DNA from: Actinomycetes bacterium
GTDB lineage: Bacteria > Actinomycetota > Coriobacteriia > Coriobacteriales > JAEZXW01
Direction of reading: 5' to 3'
NCBI GenBank assembly: GCA_023419515.1
Contig: JAEZXW010000060.1
Location: 1 to 36,432, forward strand
DNA: 36,432 nucleotides
Made by a program: the position numbers and the translations under genes. This document shows positions 32,787 through 36,432 of this stretch, one piece after another; within the stretch, counting starts at the first letter, position 1; each line of letters starts with the position of its first letter. The notes beneath the pieces are model-generated. The model did not search any database. It had not been told where the DNA came from and was given only the letters and a program-made list of their open reading frames with translations.

Positions 32787-34505
32787 ATGGAGCGCGGCGC
32801 AAAGAAATTACTGACGACGATCTGTTGTGGGATGCTCGTTGTAAGCATCGCAGTTGTCAGTGCGCCTCACGTGGCTTACGCCGATCCTGATAACCCCAAT
32901 GCGCCTACCAACGGTACTTCCAATGATGCTGGTGGCAATCAGTCTCAGGGTAGAGAAAATCAAAATACTGGTAATAACACCCAATCAGGGAACAATCGCA
33001 CCGACGATAGTATTGTTCAAGAAACTCAAGAGCAGGATCGTCAAGAGCAAGAAGCCAAGGCAAAAGAGCAGGGCGAAAAGATCACGCAAGAGCTTTTAAC
33101 CGAGGCGATCAATCGCTCCATTGAGCCAGTAATTCAAGGGCGCTCTCAGCAAAAACAGGGTGTTGAGCAGGAGCAGCAGGATCTTTTAGCGCAGCAGGCT
33201 CAGATTGAAGCGCGTGCTCAGGCACTCGCGCAGGAGCGCATGCCCTGGTATGCATCGCCGCTCGTCTTTGGCGCGATGTTGGTGGTGGCGTGCCTCGCTG
33301 GTGTTCTGGGCTCTCTTGTTGTGCTGTTGGTATTGATGCGCAGCAAGGATCAACAGTCTTTGCGTTTCGATTTACTTAAACCAAAGAATGAGGCAGCTGG
33401 AGCGGCATCAAAGGAGCAGCCTGCTGCAAATCCAGTAAACACTCAACCTCAGGATGAGAGCGAGGCTCAAGCTTCCGGTGTTGCTGGAACAAGGTTTGCT
33501 ACTTCTGAGCAGGCGCAGGGGCAGGCGCAACAGAGCACTGATCAATCGACATCAAATCTGACGATTGATTCTAAGACTGAGGAGTTTTTGCAGCTTTTAT
33601 CCCGTGCGTCTGGCGGTGCACAGATTCAAGCTCAGCCTGATCCTGAGCATAAAGAGATGCTCCCCGTGATCGATCAGGTGTCCGAACAGATGGTCGCTCA
33701 GATGCAGTCTGACTCTCTGAAGGCTCAGCAAGAAGCAGATCTACGAGCGCAAGTGGGTTCGCGCTTGCTTGATCAGATCGTACAGCAGGAGCTTGCCGAA
33801 GCACGTGCTCGTATGCAAGAAGAGTATGGAGTCGGTCCTGTGGTAACGCCAGATCCCGTGCTGACGCCGGCAGAGCGTGTGTTCTCAGGGTTGACGCCGG
33901 TTGAGCCGAGTGTGAATGAGCAGGCTGCTGAGTCTGCTGCTTGGGTTTCTGGTGCCACCGGTGGTGCGGCTAACTCACAGACAACAACGCCAACTGCACC
34001 GACCTCACAAGCGCCAGAACCAACGCCCATTGATTTGAGTGACATCGACCTTGACTTCGATGAGATCGATGAGGGCTTAGAGCTTCCGCATTACGCTGAG
34101 CCTGAGCTCAAGCCAGTCTCTCAGCCTCAAGTTCAGCCTGGAAGTGCTCAGGATACACAAGAGCTTTTGCTGGCTGCGATGAAAAGCGCTCAGCAAAAAG
34201 AGGAGCGTCTCGCCAAGCAAGCGATGCGCAATAGTCATATCGAGACAAAGCTGCATATCCCAGATGTCGATGTGTCAACAGCCGATATTGAGCAGGCGTT
34301 GGGTATTGATGAGTTGCAGCAGGGAAGTGGTGGTGCTCATAAGCGCCCCGCAGATCAAGGTGAGTTCTTTAGGCATGAGCTGCCTCAGGATAATGTCATT
34401 GATCGTTTGAGTGAGGCGCTGGATCATATGCATCATTTGAAGATCAAACTACCGCATCGCAAGCATGGGGATAAGCACGGCAGCCACGACGATCAATCGG
34501 TGTAA
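32787..34505 (+). CDS. hypothetical type-I membrane protein, largely low-complexity (Q/E/A/P-rich), His-rich C-terminus
   Basis: Signal peptide MERGAKKLLTTICCGMLVVSIAVVSAPHVAYA. N/Q/G-rich and coiled-coil-like ectodomain. Single TM (WYASPLVFGAMLVVACLAGVLGSLVVLLVLM). ~390-aa predicted disordered cytoplasmic part ending HMHHLKIKLPHRKHGDKHGSHDD. I recognise no family. Confidence 0.6.
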   Translation: MERGAKKLLTTICCGMLVVSIAVVSAPHVAYADPDNPNAPTNGTSNDAGGNQSQGRENQNTGNNTQSGNNRTDDSIVQETQEQDRQEQEAKAKEQGEKITQELLTEAINRSIEPVIQGRSQQKQGVEQEQQDLLAQQAQIEARAQALAQERMPWYASPLVFGAMLVVACLAGVLGSLVVLLVLMRSKDQQSLRFDLLKPKNEAAGAASKEQPAANPVNTQPQDESEAQASGVAGTRFATSEQAQGQAQQSTDQSTSNLTIDSKTEEFLQLLSRASGGAQIQAQPDPEHKEMLPVIDQVSEQMVAQMQSDSLKAQQEADLRAQVGSRLLDQIVQQELAEARARMQEEYGVGPVVTPDPVLTPAERVFSGLTPVEPSVNEQAAESAAWVSGATGGAANSQTTTPTAPTSQAPEPTPIDLSDIDLDFDEIDEGLELPHYAEPELKPVSQPQVQPGSAQDTQELLLAAMKSAQQKEERLAKQAMRNSHIETKLHIPDVDVSTADIEQALGIDELQQGSGGAHKRPADQGEFFRHELPQDNVIDRLSEALDHMHHLKIKLPHRKHGDKHGSHDDQSV

Positions 34506-34529
34506 GAGGAGCTTGCACTCGCGAGGCAA

Positions 34530-34548
34530 TAAAAAACCGCCTCAGGCG
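34530..34548 (-). terminator. small terminator downstream of tRNA-Ala (minus strand)
   Basis: On the - strand: CCGCC TGA GGCGG followed by TTTTTT (complement of 34530-34548). The stem is short (5 bp GC). Confidence 0.45.
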
Positions 34549-34567
34549 GCGGCTGATCAAAGTTAAA

Positions 34568-34643
34568 TTGGTGGAGATAAGGGGGCTCGAACCCCTGACC
34601 TCATGGCTGCCAGCCATGCGCTCTCCCAGCTGAGCTATATCCC
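34568..34643 (-). tRNA. tRNA-Ala (anticodon GGC), CCA encoded
   Basis: Reverse complement is GGGGATATAGCTCAGCTGGGAGAGCGCATGGCTGGCAGCCATGAGGTCAGGGGTTCGAGCCCCCTTATCTCCACCA. It folds as a cloverleaf with a 7-bp acceptor stem containing the G3:U70 alanine identity pair, D-loop AGCTGGGA, anticodon loop CT-GGC-AG, T-arm AGGGG-TTCGAGC-CCCCT, and 3' ACCA. Confidence 0.95.
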
Positions 34644-35066
34644 CACATAAATTGCGGTGTTGCTTCAGATTTAACTGACTGCGAACAACAACAAAACAGT
34701 AATTTAGCGATTTTTTCTCACCCCGTCAAGCACTCTCGCGCAAGCATCACAACCCATGTGGCAACCTGCTAAACCTTACCCCCATGATAGGAATGATTGA
34801 TGTAAATTTTGACTCAATTTTTTTAACTTTTGCTCGTAAAATTGATCCGCCCAATCTGCTAACTCTCTTTCGGTGAGACTGTTTACAATTCTTCCAGACT
34901 TCCAGTCTGCACCTGGGCAAAGTCTCTTCAATTCGTCCTCAATTCTTCCTATGCCACTACCTTCTTGTGACGCTGATTGTTTTGGTTGCCCGTATCGCCG
35001 TAAGGGTATTTTTTTGATTCTCTTGATGCCTCGGCAGGAGAGGATAAGTCCTCATTTTTGGATTTG

Positions 35067-35378
35067 ATGCCTGCTGACATAAAAGATGATCCAGAAACCA
35101 TTCTTGCCTACAAGGTGTTAAAAGAGCGCCTTAATGCTATTAAAGCCAAATGTAGCGATGTGGAGCGAGCCATTCTCGCTGGTATTGAACAAGGCCGTAG
35201 CAAACGAGAGGTAGCAGCTTTTCTCGATGAAAGCCCTCTACCTATCAAGATCGCAAAACAAGAAACAAACCAAGCAAAAAGTCTAGGACACGATCCGCTT
35301 CTTACAAAACAGCAACTCGAAATAAACGACTTTGACGAAACCCTTGTCGCGCGCCTCATCGAGCGTATCACCATTTAA
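35067..35378 (+). CDS. hypothetical protein in AT-rich segment; possibly a remnant of a recombinase or mobile-element gene
   Basis: MPADIKDDPETILAYKVLKERLNAIKAKCSDVERAILAGIEQGRSKREVAAFLDE... has an HTH-like middle part. The end ...FDETLVARLIERITI*, continued after the stop by EGRLKVCFKYG, resembles C-termini of large serine recombinases as I recall them. No convincing Shine-Dalgarno. Coding status uncertain. Confidence 0.3.
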   Translation: MPADIKDDPETILAYKVLKERLNAIKAKCSDVERAILAGIEQGRSKREVAAFLDESPLPIKIAKQETNQAKSLGHDPLLTKQQLEINDFDETLVARLIERITI

Positions 35379-35761
35379 GAGGGGAGACTTAAGGTTTGTT
35401 TCAAGTACGGCAGGTTATCAGAGCATAAAAAACTAGCTCGGAAGAGTTGGCTACCTGCTTATTTTACAAAATTCCCTCTTCGCTCTTGCATTCGCATGAG
35501 AGCGATTTTTATTTTGGGCAAGAGTCACATTCCATCAAGAACGCCTGTTAAGCACCCAAACATCAAAGCCACCCACTCAGCAGCTAAAACATCAATCTCA
35601 CCCACCAAAAAAATGCCAAAAGCAAAGTCAATGACTCAACCCTCTAAAACCTACACTCCAAAACCGCCTTAATCAGTTCCCCTGAATAGCCAAACAACAC
35701 TTGCTAGCACAACGCAGTAAGCGGATGATGCTTAAAACCCCTGATAAATAAGGTTTTCTCA

Positions 35762-36432
35762 CTACTTCCGCGTCATCAAACACACCGTCTCCACGTGGTG
35801 CGTCTGGGGGAAAAGATCCACGGGTGTGATGCGCTTAATCTTGAACGGGCGCCCGTTGTGCTCGCCTGAGCTCACAGCAGTATCTTCACATAGGCGCTTG
35901 AGGTCACGTGAGAGGGTAGCAGGATCGCACGAGACGTAGACGAGCGTCTCAACAGCGGTCTCACGAAGGGTTTGCACGAGTTTGGCATCAAGTCCCTGGC
36001 GCGGTGGATCAACTACCACGACCTCTGCCTCAGCTTTCAGCTCCTCAAGGTAATAGACGACATCTCCGCTCAAGATCTCAAGATCAATCGCATTGACCTC
36101 AGCATTGCGTCGCAAGTCCTGGATTGAGCTTCCAGCAAGCTCAATGCCGGTGACCTGGTATCCTGCCTTGGCAAGCGGTAGGGCAAAGGTGCCCGCTCCA
36201 CAGTACAAATCAAAAAGCCTTGGCGCCTGTCGCCCGTGCAACACATCGCCATACACCTGTGATAGGCATGCCTTGACTTCGTCAATCAAGACTTGAGCCA
36301 TCTCAGAGTTGACCTGAAAAAAAGAGGGCGATGAGATCTTAAAATCAATCCCATCGAGCTTCTCTTGCCAATATCCTTTGCCCGCTAGCGCTTCAACCCC
36401 TCGAATTTGCCGAGAAGCTCGTGCTACCTCAG
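35762..36432 (-). CDS. RumA/RlmD (TrmA) family RNA (uracil-5-)-methyltransferase, N-terminus outside window
   Basis: The minus-strand frame is open to the window edge: ...GIDFKISSPSFFQVNSEMAQVLIDEV..., DLYCGAGTFALPLA (SAM motif I), VVVDPPRQGL, YVSCDPATLSRDL (catalytic Cys), VDLFPQTHHVETV. The track ATG at 36301 is internal. Confidence 0.9.
   Translation of the reverse strand, partial: EVARASRQIRGVEALAGKGYWQEKLDGIDFKISSPSFFQVNSEMAQVLIDEVKACLSQVYGDVLHGRQAPRLFDLYCGAGTFALPLAKAGYQVTGIELAGSSIQDLRRNAEVNAIDLEILSGDVVYYLEELKAEAEVVVVDPPRQGLDAKLVQTLRETAVETLVYVSCDPATLSRDLKRLCEDTAVSSGEHNGRPFKIKRITPVDLFPQTHHVETVCLMTRK

Noticed and set aside
34568-34643. tRNA-Ala as the attachment site of an intact genomic island
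   Set aside because: There is no integrase gene and I saw no duplicated copy of the tRNA 3' end. The genes on the 3' side (membrane protein, hydrolase, rho) look chromosomal. Only degraded fragments lie on the 5' side.
34873-35067. 64-aa + strand ORF (MRLFTILPDFQSAPGQ...)
   Set aside because: GTG start (34873) with no Shine-Dalgarno, in AT-rich DNA with odd composition, overlapping an equally open minus-strand frame. No support as a gene.

Overview
Chromosomal window read almost entirely on the + strand. The host looks like a monoderm, mid-GC bacterium. The synteny rpsB-tsf ... pyrH-frr-uppS-cdsA-dxr-rseP-ispG-proS, a Rho with a long basic N-terminal extension, lipobox-bearing exported proteins and a hydrolase with cell-wall-binding repeats together suggest Actinomycetota, possibly Coriobacteriia-like. 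That taxonomic call is inference only.

Content in order:
1. Translation, isoprenoid and envelope housekeeping backbone.
2. feoA-feoA-feoB plus a 52-aa Cys-rich FeoB-associated ORF missing from the ORF track, wedged between tsf and pyrH behind a ~550-nt leader.
3. A D-lactate-dehydrogenase-type enzyme and a crcB/fluC pair.
4. A compact napA-napB-napD nitrate reductase cassette. NapA and NapB both carry lipoboxes. The two flanks look like collinear halves of a decayed DnaQ-like exonuclease gene.
5. A ~680-bp non-coding spacer with a strongly AT-rich core, ending in a periodic GCATG array.
6. A tightly packed operon: ankyrin-repeat protein, DUF2877, FdrA, DUF1116, NCS2-like permease. This is an AllH/AllF/AllG-like trio with no carbamate kinase or allantoin genes in view.
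7. A TalC/FSA-type aldolase, rho, a secreted glucosaminidase and an orphan 572-aa membrane protein.
8. tRNA-Ala(GGC), an AT-rich gene-poor stretch with possible recombinase debris, and the 3' two-thirds of a RumA/RlmD-family methyltransferase on the - strand.

I see no CRISPR array, rRNA, intact mobile element or recognisable defence system. The loci most worth follow-up are the ankyrin/DUF2877/FdrA/DUF1116/permease operon with its GCATG array, and the nap cassette with its exonuclease-like flanks.

All calls come from reading translated motifs and the sequence by eye. No database search was run. Start codons were re-chosen where a Shine-Dalgarno sequence and family-typical N-termini supported it.
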